Assembly (NCBI GenBank): GCA_964637575.1
Contig: CAZWVU010000004.1
Location: 14,788-78,787 of the forward strand
Length of the DNA: 64,000 bases
Source of the DNA: an uncultured Candidatus Saccharibacteria bacterium
Lineage (GTDB): Bacteria > Patescibacteriota > Minisyncoccia > UBA6257 > WO2-44-18
Reading direction: 5' to 3'
The number at the start of each line of letters is the position of its first letter. The stretch's first letter is position 1. The notes below the pieces were generated by a model that searched no databases, had not been told where the DNA came from, and worked only from the letters and a program-made list of their open reading frames with translations. The position numbers were made by a program, and so were the translations under genes. Positions 18,909 to 27,031 of this stretch are shown piece after piece.

Positions 18909-19300
18909 CCATTTTAAATTTCCGGGGCGGCTATATCGCCATCACCACTTCCATAATATTATCCATCGTCATTTTGGCGATCGCGGCGGCGCTCGGCAGC
19001 AATCATCTGTTTACCCGGATGAACGTTTCCGATTTTGACGACAAGCAGATGAGCCTGAGTGACGCCCGGTCCTGTCTGGACGAAGCCCGCCTGAAACTTT
19101 CGGATGATTCCAGCTATGCCGGCAATGAAACATTCAGCGTCGGGAGCGACCAGTGCACGATTGTATCCGTCAGCACCTCCGGCTCCAACAAAGTAATTGA
19201 GGCGCAGGCGGCAGTAAGCGGCGCTACCACCGATCTCCAGCTTACGGTGAAGACAGTTGATTTATCCACAGTTTCCTTAGAAGAGCTTCCCAATTTTTGA
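18905..19300 (+). CDS. Putative minor pilin-like protein (no canonical GFxxxE)
   Basis: Hydrophobic N-terminal helix. Located within the pilin gene run. Confidence 0.4.
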   Translation: MTILNFRGGYIAITTSIILSIVILAIAAALGSNHLFTRMNVSDFDDKQMSLSDARSCLDEARLKLSDDSSYAGNETFSVGSDQCTIVSVSTSGSNKVIEAQAAVSGATTDLQLTVKTVDLSTVSLEELPNF

Positions 19301-19306
19301 TATAAT
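19298..19306 (+). promoter_or_regulatory. Extended -10 element (TGATATAAT) upstream of pilA
   Basis: TGnTATAAT match ~45 nt before the pilA start. Confidence 0.4.
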
Positions 19307-19349
19307 TGGATTATTCGCTATTTGAAGCGGGAAAGGTCGTGTAACAATA

Positions 19350-19826
19350 ATGAACAACAACATGAAAAAGAACTCAGGTTTTACCCTCATTGAATTGCTC
19401 GTGGTAATCGGAATTATCGCGATTTTGGCAGGTGTGGTAATCGTAGCGTTGAACCCGGCCCGGCAATTCGCCCAGGCTCGGAACACCCAGCGCTCGGCAA
19501 ACGTGAACGCCATCTTGAACGCAGTCGGTCAGCGTCTGGCTGACAACCGCGGCACATGGCCCGTAGTTGCCGGCGATTGCGCCGCCCTCCCGACCGCGAC
19601 GACGACGATCTCCAGTTCGCAGTACAACATCTACAAGTGCATTGTGCCGAACTACATGAGCAGCCTCCCCGTAGATCCTTCGAACGGTACTCTTACCGAT
19701 GCGACGGATTACGACAGCGGCTATGAGATCGTGAAGGACACGACGACCGGACGGGTTACCGTGAACGCCAAGTACGCGGAAGCCATTGCCGGACTTGCCT
19801 CCACGACGATTTCCGTTTCACGCTAA
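19350..19826 (+). CDS. pilA: Type IV major pilin (copy 1)
   Basis: SGFTLIELLVVIGIIAILAGVV prepilin signal. 158 aa. Confidence 0.85.
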   Translation: MNNNMKKNSGFTLIELLVVIGIIAILAGVVIVALNPARQFAQARNTQRSANVNAILNAVGQRLADNRGTWPVVAGDCAALPTATTTISSSQYNIYKCIVPNYMSSLPVDPSNGTLTDATDYDSGYEIVKDTTTGRVTVNAKYAEAIAGLASTTISVSR

Positions 19827-19832
19827 ATTCCC

Positions 19833-20297
19833 ATGAATAAACAATCAGGTTTTACCCTCATTGAATTGCTCGTGGTAATCGGAATTATCGCGATTTTGGC
19901 AGGTGTGGTAATCGTAGCGTTGAACCCGGCCCGGCAATTCGCCCAGGCTCGGAACACCCAGCGCTCGGCAAACGTGAACGCCATCTTGAACGCAGTCGGT
20001 CAGCGTCTGGCTGACAACCGCGGCACATGGCCCGTAGTTGCCGGCGATTGCGCCGCCCTCCCGACCGCGACGACGACGATCTCCAGTTCGCAGTACAACA
20101 TCTACAAGTGCATTGTGCCGAACTACATGAGCAGCCTCCCCGTAGATCCTTCGAACGGTACTCTTACCGATGCGACGGATTACGACAGCGGCTATGAGAT
20201 CGTGAAGGACACGACGACCGGACGGGTTACCGTGAACGCCAAGTACGCGGAAGCCATTGCCGGACTTGCCTCCACGACGATTTCCGTAAGCAGATAG
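19833..20297 (+). CDS. pilA: Type IV major pilin (copy 2, identical mature protein)
   Basis: ~440 nt identical to copy 1. Differs only in the leader and in synonymous codons of the last 3 residues. Confidence 0.85.
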   Translation: MNKQSGFTLIELLVVIGIIAILAGVVIVALNPARQFAQARNTQRSANVNAILNAVGQRLADNRGTWPVVAGDCAALPTATTTISSSQYNIYKCIVPNYMSSLPVDPSNGTLTDATDYDSGYEIVKDTTTGRVTVNAKYAEAIAGLASTTISVSR

Positions 20298-20310
20298 TCT
20301 GCGAGAAACC

Positions 20311-20336
20311 AAAAAACCGCTTAGGCGGTTTTTTGG
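20311..20336. terminator. Bidirectional Rho-independent terminator between pilA2 and the GT2 gene
   Basis: AAAAAACCGC-TTAG-GCGGTTTTTT. Confidence 0.75.
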
Positions 20337-20338
20337 TT

Positions 20339-21019
20339 TTAGGAGAAAAGTCCGTGCTTCACTATGACCCAGAGCGCCCGGAGGCCGTCAGTCCAGCGGA
20401 TTTTTTTGCCCTCTTCAAACGTGCGCCCATAGTACGAGACGCCGATTTCATAAAACCGCCAGCGTTTTTTACCGAGCTTAATCGTCACTTCCGGTTCGAA
20501 TCCAAAATCTTCTTCAACGAGCCGGACCGACCGGATTGCCTCGCGGCGGAATACTTTATAGCAGGTTTCGATATCGGTAAGGTTGAGGTTGGCAAAAAGA
20601 TTGGTGAGAAAAGTGATGAACCGGTTGGCGAGATAATGGCCGAAGAGCATCACGCGGTGCGGCGAAGACCCGACAAAGCGGGAGCCGTACACCACGTCCG
20701 CCTTTCCTTCCGCGATCGGCTGGATCAGGCGGGGATAATCCGCCGGGTCATATTCCAGATCGGCATCCTGGATAAGGATGATATCGCCGGTCGCCGCGGC
20801 GAGTCCGGTGTGAAGCGCCGCGCCCTTGCCGCGGTTCATTTCGTGACGGAGGACGGTAGCGTTGGGCGCCTGGTAGCCGCGGAGAAACCCGCGCGTGCCG
20901 TCGGTGGAGCAGTCATCCACAATAATAATTTCATCCGGTTTCTGTTCCTGCACTTTTTTCAGGATGAGGGGCAGGGTTTTTTCCTCGTTATAGACGGGAA
21001 TGATTATGGAAAGCTTCAT
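20339..21019 (-). CDS. GT2 glycosyltransferase (polyprenyl-phosphate sugar synthase, DPM1-like)
   Basis: LSIIIPVYNEE, IIIVDDCSTDGT and DADLEYDP (DxD) motifs. Confidence 0.85.
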   Translation of the reverse strand: MKLSIIIPVYNEEKTLPLILKKVQEQKPDEIIIVDDCSTDGTRGFLRGYQAPNATVLRHEMNRGKGAALHTGLAAATGDIILIQDADLEYDPADYPRLIQPIAEGKADVVYGSRFVGSSPHRVMLFGHYLANRFITFLTNLFANLNLTDIETCYKVFRREAIRSVRLVEEDFGFEPEVTIKLGKKRWRFYEIGVSYYGRTFEEGKKIRWTDGLRALWVIVKHGLFS

Positions 21020-21140
21020 CCCGCACATAACAAAGAGTGCGTTTCACGCAATCTTTGCATAAGATCATGCCGCGACTTTTCCTTGGGTTGATTTTGCATA
21101 AATGATTATAAGGTTAATTGCTCTTTGTTATGTGTGGGAT
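21018..21140. repeat. Imperfect 20-bp inverted repeat pair (ATCCCGCACATAACAAAGAG at 21018-21037 and CTCTTTGTTATGTGTGGGAT at 21121-21140) with an 83-bp non-coding spacer
   Basis: 19/20 reverse complement. Shares the core ATCCCRCACATAAC with the GIY-YIG-flanking repeat at 4228/4505. Confidence 0.85.
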
Positions 21141-21143
21141 TCA

Positions 21144-22703
21144 TTACAGTATTTTGTATACCACCGTGTCCGGATTTTCAAACACGTTCCGGAAGGCCGG
21201 CGCGGTGGAAAGGTATTTGTTGAGCGAAGGATTCCGTGATTTTTCCAGCACGATATAAGAAGCATGGAAGTCATTTTTGAGCGCCTGATAGGTGCTTTCC
21301 ACCTGGCCGGCGGTGCAGCGCACTTCGGCGCAGGTGTAGCCGGTAGCCGCGTCTATCGAGTAGAAATGGGTCTTCCAATACAGCTGGGGATTGAAGTCAT
21401 ATTCAAAGATCGGATCCATGCCGTTGATGTAGTAGTTGTTCGGATCCCAGAAAAACAGTTCGCCAAACCGGTCCCAGTGGATGTTGAAAACGATTTCGCC
21501 GGGTTTCGTGTGCTGGCCAAGCCATTCGCCGGCTGGCTGCATCAGGAGGGGATGGAAGGCGTTGGTAACATAGGTATCAAAACGGTAGATATTCTTGAAC
21601 GGCGCGATAATCAGGGCGATTATGGCGGCGAGGACCGCCAGCGTGTGGGAAGCCGAGCGGCTGTTTTTTTGCTGATAGAAAAGAGTGGCCAGCAGCGCGA
21701 TAAAGATACTACCGAATCCGACGAAGAGTTCGTTGGAACGCCGGGCGATTCCGAAGGTCATCGCCGCGAAGATCAGGGTAAGGAGTCCGCTGCTCCAGAC
21801 GGCAACCCGGATTTCCGGGCGCAATTCCCTGAACCTTCTGCTTTTAATCAAAAACAAGAGAAACCCGGCGGCCAGTATCAGAAGGATGGTAATAGGAATA
21901 AGCTGATCGACGAAATTTTCCCAGACAAAAGGCGTCAATTCCCTGCCGAAACGGAGTGGCAGCATCTGTTGTTTCACCGACATCAGCTTTACCACCTGAA
22001 TGACCGCAAGTTTCAGCGTGCCGACGGGGTTGGGACGGGCGAGCCAGCCGGCCAGTACGCCTGTGCCGGCCGCGAGCAGCGACCGCCAGCCGGCGCCGCG
22101 CCGCGAAAGAACATGAAAGAGCGCCACGGCCAACGCCACAATCCCCGCGACCCAGATAAGCGAAATATGAATCCAGGCGAAGACCGCTGAAATCGCCGCG
22201 ATTGGCCAGAGTCCGCGGAGTGAGACGGGATTTTCCACCAGGAAAGAAAAGAGCAGCAGGGTAAGTCCGAGCGACAGGGGATGCGGACGGAGCATGGCCA
22301 GCCGGTACATCAGATCGGCGGTGATGACGGCGAAGATCATTGTCCAGAACAGCGGCCAGCGGACGCGGAGGCGCTTGAATGCCCAGAAGGCGAGAAGGAG
22401 CGAGGCGATCGTCACGGCAAAGGTGCCCCAGTAGATCCCGTATATCAGAAGATGGAACAGCGTGAAGGGGATCAGGAGGATATGGAATCCATACCAGATA
22501 TCGGAAGCATAGGTTTTGATTGAAGAATCCTGCGTCCAGGGAAAGGCAGTCTGGAACGGGCCGTTGACGCGGTATTCCCAGGCGTGCCGAATATGGTAAA
22601 ACCCGTCCGTGTCGGCGATATTCGGGAAGAGCTGGGTATGAAGCAGCAGCGCGAACAGGGTGATGACGGCAAAGGCGGCGAGCCATTCATACTTTTTAAA
22701 CAT
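21144..22703 (-). CDS. Polytopic membrane protein, putative GT-C-fold glycosyltransferase (paralog A)
   Basis: 519 aa with >10 TM segments. Conserved blocks DGFYHIRHA, FPWTQ, DIWYGFHILLIPFT and C-terminal YYINGMDPIFEY, all shared with 23177..24727. Confidence 0.55.
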   Translation of the reverse strand: MFKKYEWLAAFAVITLFALLLHTQLFPNIADTDGFYHIRHAWEYRVNGPFQTAFPWTQDSSIKTYASDIWYGFHILLIPFTLFHLLIYGIYWGTFAVTIASLLLAFWAFKRLRVRWPLFWTMIFAVITADLMYRLAMLRPHPLSLGLTLLLFSFLVENPVSLRGLWPIAAISAVFAWIHISLIWVAGIVALAVALFHVLSRRGAGWRSLLAAGTGVLAGWLARPNPVGTLKLAVIQVVKLMSVKQQMLPLRFGRELTPFVWENFVDQLIPITILLILAAGFLLFLIKSRRFRELRPEIRVAVWSSGLLTLIFAAMTFGIARRSNELFVGFGSIFIALLATLFYQQKNSRSASHTLAVLAAIIALIIAPFKNIYRFDTYVTNAFHPLLMQPAGEWLGQHTKPGEIVFNIHWDRFGELFFWDPNNYYINGMDPIFEYDFNPQLYWKTHFYSIDAATGYTCAEVRCTAGQVESTYQALKNDFHASYIVLEKSRNPSLNKYLSTAPAFRNVFENPDTVVYKIL

Positions 22704-22753
22704 TTATTGATTGTAGCAAATAAAATTCCCCGACGTATATCGGGGAATTCCGG

Positions 22754-23128
22754 TCAGACTTTCGCGGCGAGATGGAACTCCACCTTGAAGGGTCCGGGAG
22801 TCTGGCGCTCTTCTTCGTAGGCGGGCAGTTCCAGCGCTTTGCCGAAGTTTTCGTACTGCACGAAGATGACGCTGCACTCTTTCTTTCCGCTGACGGCGTA
22901 CACGCGCACGGATTCGATGAGGCCGCGGGCCTGTTCCGCCCAGATGCCGAGCGCCATAGCCTGCATCGCTCCCACGGAGGCAGCCAGGATTGCCGTTCTC
23001 CAGTCGCCGAAAGCTTCCTGCTCGATCAGCTCGAGCTCCTGAAAAATCGCCGCCATTTCCCGGGAAGCCGCTTCCGCCGAAACGTCCACGGTTTTGCCAT
23101 TTTCCTTCCGCTTCACTACGCACCTCAC
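22754..23128 (-). CDS. Hypothetical soluble protein between the two membrane paralogs
   Basis: 124-aa ORF co-directional with its neighbours. Competing ORFs overlap in this GC-rich region. Confidence 0.3.
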   Translation of the reverse strand: MRCVVKRKENGKTVDVSAEAASREMAAIFQELELIEQEAFGDWRTAILAASVGAMQAMALGIWAEQARGLIESVRVYAVSGKKECSVIFVQYENFGKALELPAYEEERQTPGPFKVEFHLAAKV

Positions 23129-23176
23129 TCAAATTTCTACCATCAAATTACTAAAAAAATGGCAAAAAGTCAAATT

Positions 23177-24727
23177 TTATTTTACTCGGTACACAAGTTC
23201 ATTTTCAGTGGCGAACACTTTTTCAAAATGCGGATCGGCGGCGAGATTCGCGGCAAAACCGGCATTGCGGTCCAGCTCCACCATCACGTATTTCGCGCGA
23301 AAGTCGCCGGCGATGGCTTCATACAGCGATTTCCCGTCTTGGGGCGTACAGGGGAGCGCCGGGCAGGTGTACGGCTTGCCGCCGACGGCAAGGAAAAAAT
23401 TCTCAAAATAAAGTTTCGGATTGTAGGCGTATTCAAAGATCGGATCAGCGCCGTTGATGTAATAATCGCGATCATTCCAGAAGAAGAGCATCGGGAAGGA
23501 ATCCCAGGAAGTGTGAAATACAGTATCGCCGGGGCGGGAATGATCCTTCAGCCACAATGAAGCAGTTCTCAACTGGTCAGCGCCGCCCGCCGGCTCGGCG
23601 GCGTAGGTGGTATAGAGATAGGAATGCCAGGTCAGCATCACCAACAAAAGGCAGCCGAACACCAGCGACACCGCCGGTTTTTTAGAATGGTGCCACCATG
23701 AAAAAAGCGACGCGGCGAGTATCACCGCGAAAAGGGCGAAAAAATCGGTGGCGCGGCGGCCGAGCGTGAAGCCGAGCGCCAGAAAGACAATCGACAGGCA
23801 GGAGGCAGACCAGACAAGACGTTTCATTTCGGAAGGAGCGGCGGAGAATTTTTTGGATTTGAGCGCGAATGCCAGAATCCCGATGGCGATCAGCCAAACG
23901 GCAAGGATGGGAATGAGTTGGGTGAGGATGACGGTGCCGTTCAGCGGCCGGAGTTCGTCGCCGGAAAGAAGCGGGACGCCAGCCCGCTTCGCGGCGATCA
24001 GCTCAAAGAGCTGAATCCACAGGATCTTCGCGGCGCCGAACGGGTTGGGGCGGGAGAGCCAGCCAAGCAGCGTGCCCGCGATCACGGACGCCGGCATCTG
24101 CCAGAAATGTTTTTTCTCCACCCGCGCAGTAACGATTGCGACCACTGCGGTAACGAGCGGGGCAATCCAAAAAAAAGCGAGGTGCAGAAAAGGGATCGCG
24201 AACGCGAGCGCCGCAAGCAGGAGCCAGGATTTTTTAGTGGCCGGCTTGGCCTGAACGGAGCCGAATGGCCTGATAAGGAAAGAAAAAATCAGGGCGAGAA
24301 ACGCGATGGTCAGTGTGTTCGGCCGGAGCTGGTTCAACCGGAAGAGCAGATTCGGCGTGGCGAAATAAAAAAGAAGCGTCCAGAAAAACGGCCAGCGGAT
24401 TTCGTGGCGTTTCAGGACGAAATAAAATCCGAGCAGGGCCAGTGCCGCGAAGAGTGTCGCCGCCATTTTTACGCCAAGCGTGAGATCGGAAAAGACCGTG
24501 AAAGGGATCAGCAAAAGATGAAAGCCGTACCAGATATCGGCCTGATATGTCTTCCAGACGGAGAATTGCGTCCATGGGAAATCGGTACGGAATATCCCGT
24601 TCTGCGCGTAAACTGCCGCGTGCGTGATGTGATAAAACTGGTCCGGTTCAATCAATTGTCCCGGACCGAACACAAACACCGCGGCAAGCGCCAGGAAAAG
24701 TAAAAACACCGGCAGCCAGAATTTCAT
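23177..24727 (-). CDS. Polytopic membrane protein, putative GT-C-fold glycosyltransferase (paralog B)
   Basis: 516 aa. DQFYHITHA, FPWTQ, DIWYGFHLLLIPFT, YYINGADPIFEY. Confidence 0.55.
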   Translation of the reverse strand: MKFWLPVFLLFLALAAVFVFGPGQLIEPDQFYHITHAAVYAQNGIFRTDFPWTQFSVWKTYQADIWYGFHLLLIPFTVFSDLTLGVKMAATLFAALALLGFYFVLKRHEIRWPFFWTLLFYFATPNLLFRLNQLRPNTLTIAFLALIFSFLIRPFGSVQAKPATKKSWLLLAALAFAIPFLHLAFFWIAPLVTAVVAIVTARVEKKHFWQMPASVIAGTLLGWLSRPNPFGAAKILWIQLFELIAAKRAGVPLLSGDELRPLNGTVILTQLIPILAVWLIAIGILAFALKSKKFSAAPSEMKRLVWSASCLSIVFLALGFTLGRRATDFFALFAVILAASLFSWWHHSKKPAVSLVFGCLLLVMLTWHSYLYTTYAAEPAGGADQLRTASLWLKDHSRPGDTVFHTSWDSFPMLFFWNDRDYYINGADPIFEYAYNPKLYFENFFLAVGGKPYTCPALPCTPQDGKSLYEAIAGDFRAKYVMVELDRNAGFAANLAADPHFEKVFATENELVYRVK

Positions 24728-24819
24728 ACATAAAAGTATATATCATGTAAGGAAAAAGCGGGTCGGGCGTCTTCTACAGTGAGCCAAAGGTCGAAACCGA
24801 AGCTCATAATTACAAAATA

Positions 24820-25566
24820 ATGAACACAAATATGAAAAATCTTCTCATGGCGTTCGCGTTTAGCGTGGCGGTAACGGCGGTAGTCGCAGTCGGTTTGCCG
24901 GTGGCATTTGCCGAGGCGGACTCGGCGACGAGCACGCCGGCAACCCATCAGCTGGCGCAGATGTCGGTGAATGTCGAACGGAACGGTAATATAAAACTGG
25001 TCGGACAATTGACCGCCGTCAGCGGCACTAATCTTACGGTGCAGAGCTGGGGAGGCGCCTGGGCGGTGGATGCTTCGGCCGCGAAGATCGTCCGCCGGTT
25101 TAACGGCGAATCCAATTTTGCCGAGTATCAGGTCGGTGACACGGTGACGGTCTGGGGTGACGCTTCCGCGAGCGGCCTTACCGTCAAGGCGAAGATGGTC
25201 AAGGATGAATCCATCCAGAAGCGGGGCGCTGACTTCATCGGAGTTATTTCCGGAGTCAATGCATCCAGCACGACCAGCTTCACGCTGACTGTGAAGAACC
25301 GCGGCGCGCTGGCGATTACGGTGAATGCGGATACCAAAATCACCATCAACGGCCAGTCCGCGTCTTCTACTGCGGGTTTGACGAACGGCATGTACGCGAG
25401 CGTTACCGGAGTTTGGGATACCACCAACTCCACGGTCATCGCGGCCACGGTGAACGCCAGGACCGCGGCGAGCGTGCTTGATGACGCGAATCCGAGCTTC
25501 CTGCAAAAGATATTCCGCTTCTTCGGAGGCAGGGGCAAGGGAGAAGGCAAGGGAAATCAGGAATAG
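24820..25566 (+). CDS. Secreted repeat protein (DUF5666-like beta repeats)
   Basis: Signal peptide MKNLLMAFAFSVAVTAVVAVGLPVAFA. Repeated VGDTVTVWGD / TVKNRGALAITVNADTKITING segments. Confidence 0.55.
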   Translation: MNTNMKNLLMAFAFSVAVTAVVAVGLPVAFAEADSATSTPATHQLAQMSVNVERNGNIKLVGQLTAVSGTNLTVQSWGGAWAVDASAAKIVRRFNGESNFAEYQVGDTVTVWGDASASGLTVKAKMVKDESIQKRGADFIGVISGVNASSTTSFTLTVKNRGALAITVNADTKITINGQSASSTAGLTNGMYASVTGVWDTTNSTVIAATVNARTAASVLDDANPSFLQKIFRFFGGRGKGEGKGNQE

Positions 25567-25634
25567 TTCACGCAAAACATCCGCTTCGGCGGATGTTTTT
25601 GGTTTCTTTGGTTTCGCGAACTCCTCCTTCTCCT

Positions 25635-25671
25635 CGCCAGGACGTCGGGCTACAATCCTGTCTGCGGGAAG
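25635..25671 (+). repeat. Solitary exact copy of the 37-nt dispersed repeat with 13-bp complementary flanks
   Basis: Identical to the 6661 unit. Flanks CGAACTCCTCCTT / AAGGAGGAGTTCG are perfect reverse complements. Preceded by a terminator hairpin at ~25571-25603. Confidence 0.85.
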
Positions 25672-25753
25672 GAGGAGTTCGCTGCCGTCTCGCAGAATGG
25701 TTTTTCAAGGGAAATCATGCTAAATTAGGAATAGTTTTTTTAGGAAAAAACGT

Positions 25754-26113
25754 ATGGACAAGCAGGGCTTGCCGGCGAATGTGAACCCGTTTTGTGTCGT
25801 GGATGATCACTGCCTGTGCGACGGCTTGCATGCGTATCACTGGCCCGGATACTTCGCTGAAATTCCGCGGTCAGAACCGAACCGCAATCCGTGTGGTGTT
25901 ACCGCGCGTGCGGATGTGCAGATGCCGGCGCTTTCCCAGCAGGAGGCGGAGGCATTTGTGCGCGACGTGCATGACCACGATTGTCTGAGTCGCGTATTTG
26001 CCGTAAAGGAAGAATGGAAGCACCTTATCCCCGCTGATTTGAGGAAATCCGTGCTGGTGGCAAAGACTACCGAAGGCCACTGCCTTTCCGACGCAACGTA
26101 TTATCTGGAATAA
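25754..26113 (+). CDS. Hypothetical Cys/His-rich protein
   Basis: 119-aa ORF. No recognised domain. Confidence 0.35.
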   Translation: MDKQGLPANVNPFCVVDDHCLCDGLHAYHWPGYFAEIPRSEPNRNPCGVTARADVQMPALSQQEAEAFVRDVHDHDCLSRVFAVKEEWKHLIPADLRKSVLVAKTTEGHCLSDATYYLE

Positions 26114-26267
26114 TCCCCGCGCCCTCTCTAGGGCGCTTTTTCCTTCCGCGCTGCTCAAATTACCTAAGGCGTACTGGTAATACTTATAAAAACGGTCTTC
26201 CTACGCCAAACATCGCGGATTTTCTTCTTTTAAAAATAACTGCGAAGTCTTCCGTTCTTCTCTGTAG

Positions 26268-26432
26268 CCAGCCGGAATATTTTCGAGGGAATATCTCGGA
26301 GCCGATTCGGCTGGCCTGGCGCATGGTTGCGCCAGGGCCAAGGGTGCCTTGCGAATCGGCGAGAGCTAAGTGGTGCCGTTGCGCCGCCGGAGCGCAACGG
26401 ACACCCGGTTCCCGAGAAGATGTTCCGGCTGG
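26268..26432 (-). ncRNA. Copy 4 (minus strand) of the GGGAACCGGGUGUCC structured element, with an expanded second hairpin
   Basis: Reverse complement reads GGGAACCGGGTGTCCGTTGCGCTCCGGCGGCGCAACGGCACCAC...GCCGATTCG[insert]CGAATCGGCTCCGAG. Closing stem TTCCCGAGAAGATGTTCCGGCTGG / CCAGCCGGAATATTTTCGAGGGAA. Confidence 0.55.
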
Positions 26433-26500
26433 TTGAGGTGGCAGGAGAAGAATGGAAGACAAGCCCACCTTGTAAGAAATATGCTATTATATCGTCGTAT

Positions 26501-27031
26501 ATGAGGGACTTGGAAAAAGAATTTTTAAAATCCTATGACCAGTACGCCGACCCGATCTTCCGCCACTGCTACTTCCGGGTTTTTAACCGTGAACGGGCGA
26601 AGGACCTGATGCAGGAAACGTTCATGAAAACCTGGGAATACATGCAGAAAGGAGAGGTAAAAAATGTCCGGGCGTTTCTCTACCGGGTGGCGAATAACCT
26701 CATCATCGACAATTCCCGCCGTAAGCAGGAGCAGTCGCTCGACCGGCTGCAGGAGGAAGGATTCGATCCGGGACAAGACACGAGAGACAGGCTGACCAAT
26801 TTTCTGGAAGGAGGCGAGGTGATCAAAGTTCTCAATAAACTGAATCCGAAATACCGGGAAGTGATCCAGCTGCGGTATATCGACGATCTCTCGCCGAAAG
26901 AAATCGCGGAGACGATCGGGGAGACCGAGAACAACGTTTCCGTGCGACTTCATCGCGGTATCAAGGAGCTCCGGGATATCCTGGAGTATGCGGAAAATCC
27001 GCTTCGGGAGCGCAATCAAAAACATGGATAA
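26501..27031 (+). CDS. ECF-type RNA polymerase sigma factor (sigma-70 family regions 2 and 4)
   Basis: Region 2 YRVANNLIIDNSRRK. Region 4 LNPKYREVIQLRYIDDLSPKEIAETIGETENNVSVRLHRG. Confidence 0.8.
   Translation: MRDLEKEFLKSYDQYADPIFRHCYFRVFNRERAKDLMQETFMKTWEYMQKGEVKNVRAFLYRVANNLIIDNSRRKQEQSLDRLQEEGFDPGQDTRDRLTNFLEGGEVIKVLNKLNPKYREVIQLRYIDDLSPKEIAETIGETENNVSVRLHRGIKELRDILEYAENPLRERNQKHG

Noticed and set aside
22704-23560. Alternative ORFs 22704..23132 (−) and 22772..23560 (+) between the two membrane paralogs
   Set aside because: They are mutually overlapping GC-rich frames. Only the co-directional 22754..23128 frame is retained, at low confidence.
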